Below are positions 40,380-52,692 of a stretch of 64,000 nt of DNA, one piece after another (the stretch's first letter is position 1; each line of letters starts with the position of its first letter). Position numbers and translations under genes: made by a program. The stretch comes from Octopus sinensis (Eukaryota): assembly GCF_006345805.1 (NCBI RefSeq), contig NC_043008.1, positions 10,788,001 through 10,852,000 on the forward strand. Reading direction: 5' to 3'. The notes under the pieces are model-generated. The model saw only the letters and a program-made list of their open reading frames with translations, was not told where the DNA came from and ran no database searches.

Positions 40380-41620
40380 TTAATTTCTCTGTGTCAGTAT
40401 GTTCGGATGGTTGAGTCTGGGTTTGTACTTTTCAATGAAGAATGTTTCCTTGTTCAGTCTCATTTGTGTTGATGATCCGAAAGCACATTGGTAAAATGGG
40501 AAGATTAAAAATTGTGGCAGTAGTTGCTTTGCGCATTTCTCAATGTGCTCACTAAAAGGTATCATTCTATATTCTGGGAATGCAATCTGTTGTCGAGGCA
40601 GTGTGCATCTACGCCTGAGTGATAGTCCCGTGGAACCCACGTAGTCTTGGTGGCAGCCCGAGCATTTAATAACATAAATTATGTTTTCAGAGGCACAAGT
40701 AAAGTTAGATTTGATCTTAAATTTCTGTCCCTCTTTAAAGAAGAATTCTGATCCTTCCAATAGGTTAGGACATGTTGCACAGTTCGATCTACCACATTTT
40801 TTTACTTTTGCATCCGTAATTTTAGAAGACAATTTTGCCTTTGTGAGAATCTTTTTAAGTGATTTAGGCTGTTTGTAGCTTTTAATGATTTGGTGTATGT
40901 TTAGAATTTCCTTTAATTTTGGGTTTTATGAAGTATTGGTAAATTCTGGGTGATGATGGTGAAGGCTTCTTTGTTTCTGGGGTTGTATGTAGATATGTAA
41001 GGTAGTATTTCGGGGAAGGTGTGTTGTTGTGTTGAACTTTTCTTAAAGTTTCTATGTTGATTTCTGTTGCACGTCTGATCCCATCCTCTATGAGTTGAGC
41101 TGGGTAATGTCTGTCAATTAGGGTGTTTTTGAGTTCTTGCAGTCTAAAGTTCCTGGTATTTTGTTCTGACACTATTGTGCATATCCTTCTTGCAAGGTTG
41201 AAGGGGATGTTTGTTTTAGTGTGTCTTGGTGGCATGAATTAAAAAGAAGGTATTGTTTGGCGTCTGTGGCTTTGTAAAAAATGTCTGTTTCTATTTTAAG
41301 GTTAATTTTTTTAATTAGTATATCCAAGAACGGGAGCTCCTTTTGGTTGTATTCCATTGTGAACTGTATATTTGGGTTTATGCTGTTCAATAGGTTTTTA
41401 AATTTTAGGAGTTTATCTATGTTTTCATTCCAGAGAATGAAACAATCGTCTAGGAATCGTTTCCAATTCTCTTTTATGTATTGAGAGAGGGAGTTTCCAA
41501 AGATTGATAGAGATTCCTGGTAAATGATTATTTCCATGTATCCCATTGTTAAGTTCGCAATGACTGGTGCTGCCCTTGTACCCATAGCAATTCCGGATTT
41601 TTGACGGTAAAATGTACCGC
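40380..41620 (-). pseudogene. PLE polyprotein remnant: RT motifs, thumb, Cys linker, GIY-YIG endonuclease; three single-base frameshifts
   Basis: YRQKSGIAMGTRAAPVIANL; WKRFLDDCF; LPFLDI; NSCH(P)RHTKTNIPFNLARRI; CGRSNCATC; NIIYVIKCSGCHQDYVGST...R...KETFFI...PRLN*. Confidence 0.92.
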
Positions 41621-41669
41621 CTGGAAATAGAAACAACGATAACTCCATGCAATATAAACATAACGTCAC

Positions 41670-41709
41670 AAGAAATTTGAAAAGCTACACGCGAAACCGG
41701 TAATTTCTT
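41670..41709 (+). ncRNA. Second, identical U3:A8 hammerhead in the inverted PLE tail
   Basis: Exact reverse complement of 40204-40243. Confidence 0.7.
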
Positions 41710-41843
41710 TAAAAATTTTAAAATTATGTCATTTTAAGGAAAGGAAAAAAAATTTTTCCAATATTCTCCAGACATTTTGACACAAATATATATATTTTTT
41801 AACATTAAGCCTTCTGTCGTTTTTTCACACTTTACTATTTTCT

Positions 41844-41877
<34 letters not shown>

Positions 41878-41978
41878 ATATATCAGTTCAGCAAATTAGA
41901 TTCAGATGAATACGGTACTTATGTTAAAGGCACCAGAATTTTGTATGGTATTATCCATATAAATCGAATGGGGTGATT

Positions 41979-42181
41979 ATAATCAAAATAAGAAGCAAGT
42001 ATAGCCAAGGTAGAGTAGTACAATTGTTTCATGCTACTTCTATTTATTAAACACTGTAAGTGGCTAAAGATTGCTCGACATTTTAAAACTGATGCAATAC
42101 TTACAGTGTTTAATAAAACGAAGTTGCATGAAACAATTGTACTACTCTACCTTGGATATACTTGTTGCTTATTTTGATTAT
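41979..42181. mobile_element. 203-bp foldback element / MITE
   Basis: Arms 41979-42061 and 42099-42181 of about 83 bp with few mismatches; 37-nt loop. Confidence 0.75.
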
Positions 42182-43039
42182 ATATATATATATATATGTG
42201 TGTATGTGTGTGGGCGTGCGCGTGTGTGTGGCTAAAATATAGATATGACTAAAATATACAAGGTTGTATAACTTTTAAATTAAAATACTAATATCTTAGT
42301 TTGATACGAGGGCACATATTTCTCAAAGGGGAGTGTAATCAAATAATCATCGACTCCAGTCCATTACTGGTACATGAATTTAACGGACCTGGAAGGCAGA
42401 AACTGAAAGTCAACTCAGACAGATCTTCTGAGTGAGAGAAACAGAATTAATTAAATTCATCAGGGCACGTAGAAACGACTTTGTACAATTTCCAACACTC
42501 CATTTCCTTCCAAGTTCAAATAAAGTATCAATATAATAAACGATTGCAATCGTTTATTGATCGCGTCCATTTTACAGTTTCACCATTTTCATAGTTTGAA
42601 ATCACAATCAATAGAGATTTCATAATATTACTGTTTGGATAAGATTACAATTCGCTTTTTCCGCTTTTTCAATTTTCAATTTTGATTGAGTGAAAGGCCA
42701 TTTTCCATTTGTGCCTCCGATAATTCATATGGAATATTGGATTCTTTTGAATCAATGGGAAAACGAGCCCAATGGATTAACTCTGATGTGAAATGTTATT
42801 AAAATTTGATAGGATCTTAGAAATGAGGCTGATACAGATTCTAATAGAAAGGAAATTATTTAAAAACGATTAATTATCCATGTTTGCATTATTATTAATT
42901 GATAGAATGATGGATTTCATTGATGAAATTCCTAATTGATATTAACCGGCCAAGAAAGAAGTAATGAGATGGATATGGCCTGTCAAAACATGTTAGGCTG
43001 ATGAAGAACTCTAATACTGCTGACGATCATAATGATTAT

Positions 43040-43155
43040 GACTGTGATGATAATGATGGTGGTGGTGGTGGTGGTGGTGATGATGATGATGACGATGATA
43101 ATGATGATGATAGCGACAGCAAATACAACAACAACTACAACAACAACAGCAATAA
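43040..43155. repeat. (GAT)n/(GGT)n/(AAC)n compound microsatellite
   Basis: Direct reading. Confidence 0.9.
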
Positions 43156-43406
43156 TCCTTCCTTTATTGGCCGTGCAGTCCTATACATACTATACAAAAT
43201 ATATCATACAACAAAATGGCTTGCAAAGCAAGTTTTATATATATATATAAATGACCATAGGGATAAGTAAATATGGTTCCCTTTTTAACTATAAGGCTTC
43301 TTTTACTTGAATAATAATTTAATAGATTTCTAAACGATGAACTTTTATTTTATTTACATGATATATATTATATATTTTTTATATGCTTCTATATGTATAT
43401 ATATAT

Positions 43407-43636
43407 ACTCTTTTACTCTTTTACTTGTTTCAGTCATTTGACTGCGGCCATGCTGGAGCACCGCCTTTAATCGAGCAACTCGACTCCGGGACTTATTCTT
43501 TTGTAAGCCCAGTACTTATTCTACCGGTCTGTTTTGCCGAACCGCTAAGTGACGGGGACATAAACACACCAGCATCGGTTGTCAAGCAATGCTAGGGGGA
43601 CAAACACAGACACACAAACACACACACGCATATATA

Positions 43637-43683
<47 letters not shown>

Positions 43684-43805
43684 CATATATACGACGGGCC
43701 GAGGCTATAGTAGAAGAGACTTGCCAAGGTGCCACACAGAGGGACTGAACCCGAAACCATGTGGTTGGTTAGCAAGCTACTTACCACACAGCCACTCCTG
43801 CGCCT
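43407..43805 (-). mobile_element. SINE group A with internal deletion
   Basis: gacgggc|cgaggc joins two segments that are about 50 bp apart in the copy at 61761-62167. Confidence 0.85.
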
Positions 43806-44226
43806 ATGTATATATATTATATATTTTTATATACCTATATATTTTTATATATTACTTATATTATATATATTTTTACTTTCTAGGTTTTTTAAAAAAATGT
43901 ATTTTTCTGAATCGCTAAAATATTAACTCTATACTGTGATGAAGGAAAACATTTTTTTTTTCTCGCACCTTATTATTATTATATGCTTGAATGCTTGTAC
44001 AGATGAATTATGTTCCATCTTGCGGGATGTTTATATGTATATTCTATGATTAAATGTTCGAATTATGAAATGCTATGCGGATGACCTTGCATTTGTTTGT
44101 TCAATAACTTTAGTTTGATTTTTGTCTCTTTCAATAGAGCACTTCTATAGCAGTCCTATTAATCTTTTTGTTCCTGACAAGAAACAATCACTGTATTATT
44201 GATATTGATATATATATTATATATAT

Positions 44227-44262
<36 letters not shown>

Positions 44263-44794
44263 CATACATATATACGACGGGCCGAGGCTATAGTAGAAGA
44301 GACTTGCCAAGGTGCCACACAGAGGGACTGAACCCGAAACCATGTGGTTGGTTAGCAAGCTACTTACCACACAGCCACTCCTGCGCCTATGTATATATAT
44401 TATATATTTTTATATACCTATATATTTTTATATATTACTTATATTATATATATTTTTACTTTCTAGGTTTTTTAAAAAAATGTATTTTTCTGAATCGCTA
44501 AAATATTAACTCTATACTGTGATGAAGGAAAACATTTTTTTTTTCTCGCACCTTATTATTATTATATGCTTGAATGCTTGTACAGATGAATTATGTTCCA
44601 TCTTGCGGGATGTTTATATGTATATTCTATGATTAAATGTTCGAATTATGAAATGCTATGCGGATGACCTTGCATTTGTTTGTTCAATAACTTTAGTTTG
44701 ATTTTTGTCTCTTTCAATAGAGCACTTCTATAGCAGTCCTATTAATCTTTTTGTTCCTGACAAGAAACAATCACTGTATTATTGATATTGATAT

Positions 44795-44850
<56 letters not shown>

Positions 44851-45376
44851 CATATATACGACGGGCCGAGGCTATAGTAGAAGAGACTTGCCCAAGGTGC
44901 CACACAGAGGGACTGAACCCGAAACCATGTGGTTGGTTAGCAAGCTACTTACCACACAGCCACTCCTGCGCCTATGTATATATATTATATATTTTTATAT
45001 ACCTATATATTTTTATATATTACTTATATTATATTATATTTTTACTTTCTAGGTTTTTTAAAAAAATGTATTTTTCTGAATCGCTAAAATATTAACTCTA
45101 TACTGTGATGAAGGAAAACATTTTTTTTTTCTCGCACCTTATTATTATTATATGCTTGAATGCTTGTACAGATGAATTATGTTCCATCTTGCGGGATGTT
45201 TATATGTATATTCTATGATTAAATGTTCGAATTATGAAATGCTATGCGGATGACCTTGCATTTGTTTGTTCAATAACTTTAGTTTGATTTTTGTCTCTTT
45301 CAATAGAGCACTTCTATAGCAGTCCTATTAATCTTTTTGTTCCTGACAAGAAACAATCACTGTATTATTGATATTG

Positions 45377-45411
<35 letters not shown>

Positions 45412-45421
45412 ATATATATAT
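43630..45421. repeat. Three near-identical tandem units of about 583 bp
   Basis: acgacgggccgaggc at 43691, 44274 and 44858; units bounded by (TA)n. Confidence 0.95.
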
Positions 45422-45539
45422 AAAACGATGAGAAAGGTTAAGAGTTAATACAACATATTAAAGATATAATGCAACAAACACAAATAGATAGAAATGTGAC
45501 TTATTAATCTACACAGGGATCAGGAGACATTATTTGTAT

Positions 45540-45676
45540 ACAGCTCCATATTTGAGAGATGAGGAATTACGTACATTATTTACATTAGTTACAATTGACA
45601 GATATTTGTCCTCATCTTGTTTGTTGATAACACAACATTTCGGCTGATATACCCTCCAGGCTTCATCAGGTGTCTT
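45540..45676 (-). mobile_element. Hammerhead-bearing repeat H1 (motif 45629-45674)
   Basis: Minus: GACAC CTGATGA A GCCTG gagggtatat CAGCC GAAA TGTT GTGTT. Confidence 0.7.
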
Positions 45677-46059
45677 GAAGCCGTCTTAAATTGAAGACTT
45701 TTGAAACTCAGCTGTAAGGTAAGACTTTTTCTCTGTCTAGTGGGGCTGTGTCGTTCATCATCTTAAACAACCCTTACTCAGGGACCTTTTGAGCAGGACA
45801 GGCTAGTCGATTTGAAGAAAATTGTAATTGGGCCCCACCTACAAGGTCATGCGCTGTTTATCTTGATATGAGATTACCATGTCGTGCAGATATGGTTGTG
45901 ATGCATGTGCCTGGTGTACCCTTAACAGACGGTTAGTCATTATGGGTATATTGGGCTTCTTATATTTGTACTCCAGCGTCACTTTTAATGACATGCACTG
46001 CTCTCTCAATAATAATCATGGTTTCAGATTTTGGCTCAAGGCCAGAAGGGTGGAATAAG

Positions 46060-47046
46060 TCGATTACATGGACCCTGGTATTCGGCTGGTACTCATTATA
46101 TCGACCTCAAAAGGATGAAAGACAAAGACGCCCTTGGCAGAATTTGAACTCAGAGCACAAGGACAAACGAAATGTCGCTAAGCATTTTGTCCGATGTGCT
46201 TCCGATGTTGCTAGCCTGCCGCCTAATAATATTTTCTACTATATGTATAAGACTTGAAATTTTTTGGGAAGTGGGGCTATTTTATCAATCCCGGAGGACA
46301 AAAGGCAAAGTCGATCTCGGTGGCATTTGAACTCTGAAGGTAGAGTTGCAAAAAATACCGCTAAGCATTTTTTGCGGCGTGATAACGTTTTTATCTGCTC
46401 GCTGCCTTAATAATATTTTCTATTATAGGCACAAAGCCTGACATTTTCGGAGAAGGCATAAGTCGATTACATTGATCCTAGTACTTCACTGGTACTCCAT
46501 TTATCAACTCCGAAAGGATGTAAGACAAAGTCGACCTCAGCAGAATTTTAACTTAGAACTAGCAACGGCCGAAATACCGCTAAACATTTCGCTCGGCGTG
46601 CTAACGATTCTGCCAGTTCGCCACATTAATAATGATAATAATAATCCTTTCAACTAAAGGCACAAGGCCTGAAATTTTGGGGGACTAGCCGATTACATCA
46701 ACCTCAGTGTTTCACTGGTGCTTAATTTATCGATCCCAAAATGATGCCGATTTCGGTGGAATTTGAACTCAGAACGTAGCGGCAGACGAAATCCCCCGGC
46801 GTGATAACGATTCTTATTTCTTTATTACCCACAAGGGCTAAACATAGAGGGGACAAACAAGGACAGATAAAGGGATTAAGTCGATTACATTGACCCCAGT
46901 GTGTAACTGCTACTTAATTTATCGACCCCGAAAGGATGAAAGCGAAAGTCGACCTCGGCGGAATTTGAGCTCAGAACGTAACGGCAGACGAAATACCGCC
47001 ATACATTTCGCCTGGCGTGGCAACGTTTCTGCCAGCTCGCTGCCTT
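46060..47046 (-). mobile_element. Cluster of at least five same-orientation SINE group B/C copies of different ages
   Basis: Repeated aaagtcgacct...gaatttgaactc cores; youngest copy 46814-47046. Confidence 0.85.
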
Positions 47047-47450
47047 AAAAGTGAAATAAAACCACGTCTGGATTCAATGACTTGTGGGATGAAGCATAAT
47101 GTTATGTAAAAAACGAATGTAAAATCCATTAAAATCGCGGAATCCAGGAGCAAAACGAATAAACCAAGCTGTTCGCACTCTGCACTAAGTACAATCAATA
47201 AGCATTTTATGCGTCCTTTGTCTCAATTGTGCGCAAAATATCTGTTTGAAAGCAAATAACGTGTATCAGCAACAGTGAAGAAAGAAACGAGTTACGTACA
47301 TAATGTGGAACAGAAGCAACAAATACAACAAAATAATAGCAAATTCAACGCTCTGCTTCACAGTATATCAACCATGACGATTAATACAAACACAGTAATA
47401 AAATCGAACCACGCCAGCACAGGATTAAAGATATGTTATAGCCTGATGTC

Positions 47451-47690
47451 GCGTGGCTTAGTGGTTAGGCTGTCAGCATCATGATCGCAAGATTGCGGTT
47501 TCGATTACTGGACTGGGCGACGCGTTGTGTTCTTGAGTAAAACACTTCATTTCACGTTGCTCCAGTCCACTCAGCTGGCAAAAATTACTAACGCTGCGAT
47601 GGACTGGCGTCCCATCCAGCTGGGGAACACATACGCCGTTTAAAAACGGGAAACCGGGCCCACGAGCCTGACTAGGCTTTAAAAGGGCAC
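47451..47690 (+). mobile_element. SINE group D (head 1 plus V-like tail)
   Basis: Homologous to 7669-7914. Confidence 0.85.
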
Positions 47691-47852
47691 ATTTATTATT
47701 TTTTTTTATTATAGCCTGATGTAATGCGACCACGCTACGATGTACATCTAACAAAGAATGATAGTGGCAGTTGTCTCCCCACCATTCCAAATTTAATCCC
47801 AACAAAAGCTGCCCTTTTTTGTTACTTTCCATCAAGGTTTAATAAATTTGCT

Positions 47853-48220
47853 TTTGCTTGTATCAGTCATTGGGCTGTAGCCATGTTGGTGTACCGTCTT
47901 GAAGGGTTTGGTCGGACAAATCAACCCCAGTACTTATTTTTTGGTCTGATACTTATACTATCGATATCTTTAGTCAAACAGCTAAGTTACGGGGACCTAA
48001 AGAAATCCACACCGTTTGTCAAGCGGTGATAGTGGAGAGACACAATCAGAAACGCACACACAGACACATACATACACACGGTAGGCTTTCACGCAGTTCG
48101 TGACCCAGATTCAATCTCAAAGTATTGGTCGACTGGGGCTATAGTAGAAAGTTTTTGCCCAAGGTGTGCCGCGTAGTGCGACTGAAGCCGAAAGAACGTG
48201 ATTGTAAAGTGAGTTTAGCT
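47853..48220 (-). mobile_element. Old SINE group A copy
   Basis: Diverged but colinear with 61761-62167. Confidence 0.7.
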
Positions 48221-48284
48221 TCTCCATAAATAGGAAAAGCATCCAAATCATCCTAAAATCACTCCCGACTGTTAAAAAAGATAC

Positions 48285-48425
48285 ATTATTTACATTATTT
48301 ACATTTGACCGGTATTTGTCCTCATCTTATTTGTTGTTAACACAACGTTTCGGCTGATATATCCTCCAGCCTTCATCAGGTGTCTTGGGAAAATTTCGAT
48401 CCTGGGTTCTATTCCTAAGGTATTC
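48285..48425 (-). mobile_element. Hammerhead-bearing repeat H1
   Basis: Reverse complement of 2760-2900. Confidence 0.75.
48339..48384 (-). ncRNA. Intact-looking minimal type-I hammerhead (H1)
   Basis: GACAC CTGATGA A GGCTG gaggatatat CAGCC GAAA CGTT GTGTT; ACGU palindrome in stem III; GUU triplet. Confidence 0.75.
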
Positions 48426-48492
48426 TTCTTCTTGTTCTTCTTCTTGTTCTTCTTCTTGTTCTTCTTGTTCTTCTTCTTTCTTCTTCTTGTTC
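48422..48492. repeat. (CTT)n/(GTT) microsatellite
   Basis: Direct reading. Confidence 0.9.
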
Positions 48493-49892
48493 AGGTCCTC
48501 CAGGGGAAGAGGTTAGATAAAGAGGGGAGGAGAGTTAAGCCCACGTGGCGCAAAGGAGCGAAGAGTGCGCAAACGAGAGTTCGGATGGCCCCTGTGCAAG
48601 GACAATCCGAACACGGACAGGTGTTATATATATAAACTGTCACAGTTTATATATATATATATACTGTGGCAGTCTCGTATGACGCTGGTTACGACAGATC
48701 TTATCTTATCCCCAGAAAATAAATTAAGACTATATTACTGAATATTGATGCCGGAAAAGGTATTTAGATTTACGAATCAAAAATAGAAACGCAGTGGGGG
48801 CGGCTTACATGTAATAAAGGATAAAAACGGATCATACATTAAGAAAATAGAATACCCGAGAATAACTGAATAATACACCCACACATATACATACACATAT
48901 ATACACATATTTACACATGCAAGCACATACATATAGAGGGAGAGAGGGAGAGAGAGAGATAGAGAGATAGAGATAGAGAGATAGAGATAGAGAGATAGAG
49001 ATAGAGAGATAGAGATAGATAGAGAGAGAGTGAGTGAAGGAAAGAGAGATATGGGAAATGAAAGAAAGCTTGAAACAACTGACCCCTGCAACCAATATTC
49101 CACCCAAATCCCAATTTATAAATATATATGGTTGCAAATACACGAACATTAAGAAGCGAATTCCCATATGGGATAACATGTAAACTTTACTGCACAGTAA
49201 AGACGCACAATGGAATAGAAAGAAAAACGAGAAGAAAAATGCAATAACTCCAATAAGCCTCATACAACATAACTAGCGGGAATTTATACTAACACAATGA
49301 AAATCAATAATACCCGAAAGACTATCAGTATTGATGAAGTCCTGAATATCTGAGTAAACCAATATATAGTAGATAGAGCAACAGTGATTCATTGAATTAT
49401 CAGAGACTAAACGTAAATCTCGGTCGGTTGCAGGAAAGCAAAACAATGTTAATTTCCTAAAACAGAAACGAAAGTGAAAGTTGAGTGAAATAAAGAAGCT
49501 TTTATAGGAAAAATAGAAAACTACTGACATTATAAGCCAATAATCCTACATGTGATATAGTTAGGATCTTCGAAACACATAGTCTTGGAAGATGGGATTT
49601 GAATTTGATATAAATGTAAGACTGTTAGAAAACAACTTCAGTGGTGTTAAAAATATAACTACAGTCACAGAAATATCAATTGATTTCTGTAGTAATTAAA
49701 AGCGTAAAGTTTTGTTTATATGGAAGGAAAGAATAAAAGGTGAATAAACGAACGGAAAAGAATAAGTAGAGATACATTCAACGCAAGAACTCTTTTTACT
49801 AAAGAGTTACTGGGAACTAAAACATCAGCGCAGACAGTAGTATCATGTAAGACGGAAGATAGACGAATGACTTGATATCAAATATGGAAACT

Positions 49893-50194
49893 GTGGAGGC
49901 ACGTGGTTTAGTGGTTAGAGCAGTGGACTCGTGGTCGATGGATCGCGGGTTCGAATCTTAGACTAGGCAATGTGTGTGTTTATGAGTGAAACACTTAAGC
50001 TCCACGCGGCTCCGGCAGAAGGTAATGGCGAACTTCCGCTGACTCTTTCGCCACAACTTTCTCTCACTCTTTCCTCCTGCATCTTGCAGCTCACCTGTGA
50101 CGGACCGGCGTCCCGTCCAGGCGGGGAACCTATGCGCCAAGGAAACCGGGAAACCGGCCCTTATGAGCCAGGCATGGCTCGAGAAGGAACAAAC
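49893..50194 (+). mobile_element. SINE group D (head 2 plus V-like tail)
   Basis: tRNA-like head as at 36806; tail gacggaccggcgtcccgtccagg...gaaaccgg. Confidence 0.85.
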
Positions 50195-51215
50195 TAACTA
50201 AATATGCAAAGTGATAGCGAAATAGGGGTCACATGTGAACTGCATCAACAACTTGTCCCTACCTCTAACTAAATAAGTACAAAAAATAATAAAACAAAAA
50301 TAGATTAAAAATAAAATAGACTATGCATTAAATCATCTTGTCCTTGCAATGACAAAATATATTCACGTACATGTATGAAATTAAAACTACGAGTGAAAAT
50401 GAAGTGTACAGGGAGAAAAAAATACCGTATACAGGTATCAGATAGTAAGATAAATTCAATGCTATCCTATTCATTTATATTTCTTAACTCGTGTATTAGT
50501 ATATTCGTATTTCAGTTATAAACATGTTCAAAATAAAGTGTTATATGAATTTATTAACTGCCGTGATAAGTCCCTAATAACCATCAATTTTGATTTAGAA
50601 ATTTCCCCTATTTTAAGTACAATATCACTTTCTGTAAAGCCGCCAGAAAATTGTTTGTTTTCAGATCTAGATCTGTCTTTAGTATGGAGGTTTAAATTTG
50701 AAAAACCAATTGTGTTCAAGTATGAGGCTAGTTAAAAAACTACCATTTCCTAAGATTCGTTCAATTAAATAGATATTAGTAGCTGTCATTTAGTAACGAT
50801 CTGCGGAAGAAAATCAATCTCAATTATTTCCCCAGTTTTACAATTATACATCTCAAATAGAAACAGTGGAATGTTATTTTAGTTTTTGTTATAGTGTAAA
50901 GAATTGAGAATGCTGGCATAGAATATAATTAATTTTAATGTTTATAAATTCTTGTTTTCAAACAGTAATAACTACATCATTCTTGACGTATAAGAAGTAA
51001 CAGCAGTGTCCAAAGATATTGAATTCTAAAATTGATGACTGACCAAACTTAATGTACATTCACGAGAACAAATCAGCTTTTACATTTCTTACACTGCTTT
51101 TGTTTTCGTTACTAAATGAATAATGCGTAAGTCAAATGAAATATAATTAATTGAGATCGAAAATAGATTATGGAATCTATGAACTGGAAGTTTAGTTCTA
51201 TAGCAACAATGTTAC

Positions 51216-51620
51216 AATTCTGTATTTCTGAGATGAAGAATTTTTTTATATTATGTATTATTTGCAATGGTGCCCTCACCTTGATTGTTCTTTTCATTAC
51301 GTTTCGGCTGTGTACACTCCAGTCTTTTCCAGGTGGTTTGTTATTCACTCAGAACCTGCAGGTGATTTAACTGCATTAACTATTGCCTTTATCCACTGTG
51401 CTATAGCCATAGACAGTCGCAGAGTGAATTTTTAAAGCCTATAAAAATCAATTGAAGTCTCGTATCGGCTCCGTACCGATTGGATATTATAATTCTGTAT
51501 TTCTGAGATAAGGGATTTTTATTATGTTTTAACAAGAGCGGTGTCCTCATTTTGGTTGTCGCTTTTCACTAGGTTTTGACTGTGTACATTCCAGGATTCT
51601 GAAGGCTGGAGTATACACAG
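51216..51620 (-). mobile_element. Two diverged tandem copies of the H1 hammerhead repeat
   Basis: aattctgtatttctgagat at 51216 and 51491; decayed motif CTGGAAA A GACTG...CAGCC GAAACGTA at 51295-51336. Confidence 0.6.
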
Positions 51621-51994
51621 GGGTTTGTAACTCAGAAGGAAAAGACAAAGAAACTACGTCGCACCCAACATCCCACTATTTTTTTGAGACAAAATAAGGT
51701 TTACTGGCATTCGTGCCTACTAATGGCTACAAAAGTTTCATGTGGAATATTCAGTTATCGCTTCAATCGAGTTTCAGTCAACAACAACAGCAACAACTAT
51801 TGATTCTAACATAGGAAAACAGCCAGATATTTTGAGAGCAGTGGTATTATATTTTAATGCCAGCAAAAGAATGAAAGGCTAAATATGACCCCTGCAAAAT
51901 TTTAAATGAGAATGCAAAGACTAACATAAATATCATAAGACATTTTGCATCACTCTACCGATTCTACTAAACCACAGTTCTTAATAATAATGAT

Positions 51995-52592
51995 GATAAC
52001 GTTTTCGAATTTTGGCACAAGGCCAGCAATTCCGGTGAAGGGGTAAAACGATTACATCGATCCCAATACTAAACTGGTGCTTATTTTACAGACCTTTAAA
52101 CGCTGGAAGACAAAATCAAACTCAGTGGAATTTGAACTCAGAACGTGAAGACGGACGAAAACTGCTGCTAAGCATATGGCCCGGGGTACTAACGAATCTT
52201 TTGTCCTCTAGGTACAAGGCCTGAGATTTTTGGGGAGGGGGTCACTCGATTATATCGACCCAAGTACGCAACTGCTACTTAATCTATCGACCCCGAAAGG
52301 ATGAAAGGCAAAGTCGACCTAGGAGGAATTTGAACTCAGAACTTACAGACAGCCTAAATATCTATTTCTTTACTACCCACAAGGGGATAAACATAGAGGG
52401 GACAAACAAGGACAAACAAAGGGATTAAGTCGATTATATCGACCCTAGTGCGTTACTGGTACTTAATTTATCGACCCCGAAAGGATGAAAGGCAAAGTCT
52501 ACCTCGGCGGAATTTGAACTCAGAACGTAGCGACAGACGAAATGCTAAGCATTTCGCCCGTCGTGCTAACGTTTCTGCCAGCTCGCCGCCTT
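51995..52592 (-). mobile_element. SINE group B/C cluster (two old copies, one young)
   Basis: Young monomer 52363-52592 ends gccagctcgccgcctt. Confidence 0.85.
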
Positions 52593-52602
52593 ACTACTAC
52601 TA

Positions 52603-52666
<64 letters not shown>

Positions 52667-52692
52667 GACTACGACGACGACGACGACGACGA
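52593..52692. repeat. (TAC)n-(GAC)n microsatellite
   Basis: Direct reading. Confidence 0.95.

Larger units (their letters stand above)
40061..41850 (-). mobile_element. Penelope-like retroelement (Neptune-type), 5'-truncated, with inverted copy of its 3' tail
   Basis: RT plus GIY-YIG reading frame on the minus strand; 40061-40293 and 41620-41850 are near-identical inverted arms. Confidence 0.9.

Noticed and set aside
41620-41669. N-terminal MTLCLYCMELSLFLFP of ORF 41172-41669, and an acceptor-like tttctatttccag at that junction
   Set aside because: This part is the inverted PLE tail, not RT sequence; the junction is a rearrangement breakpoint.
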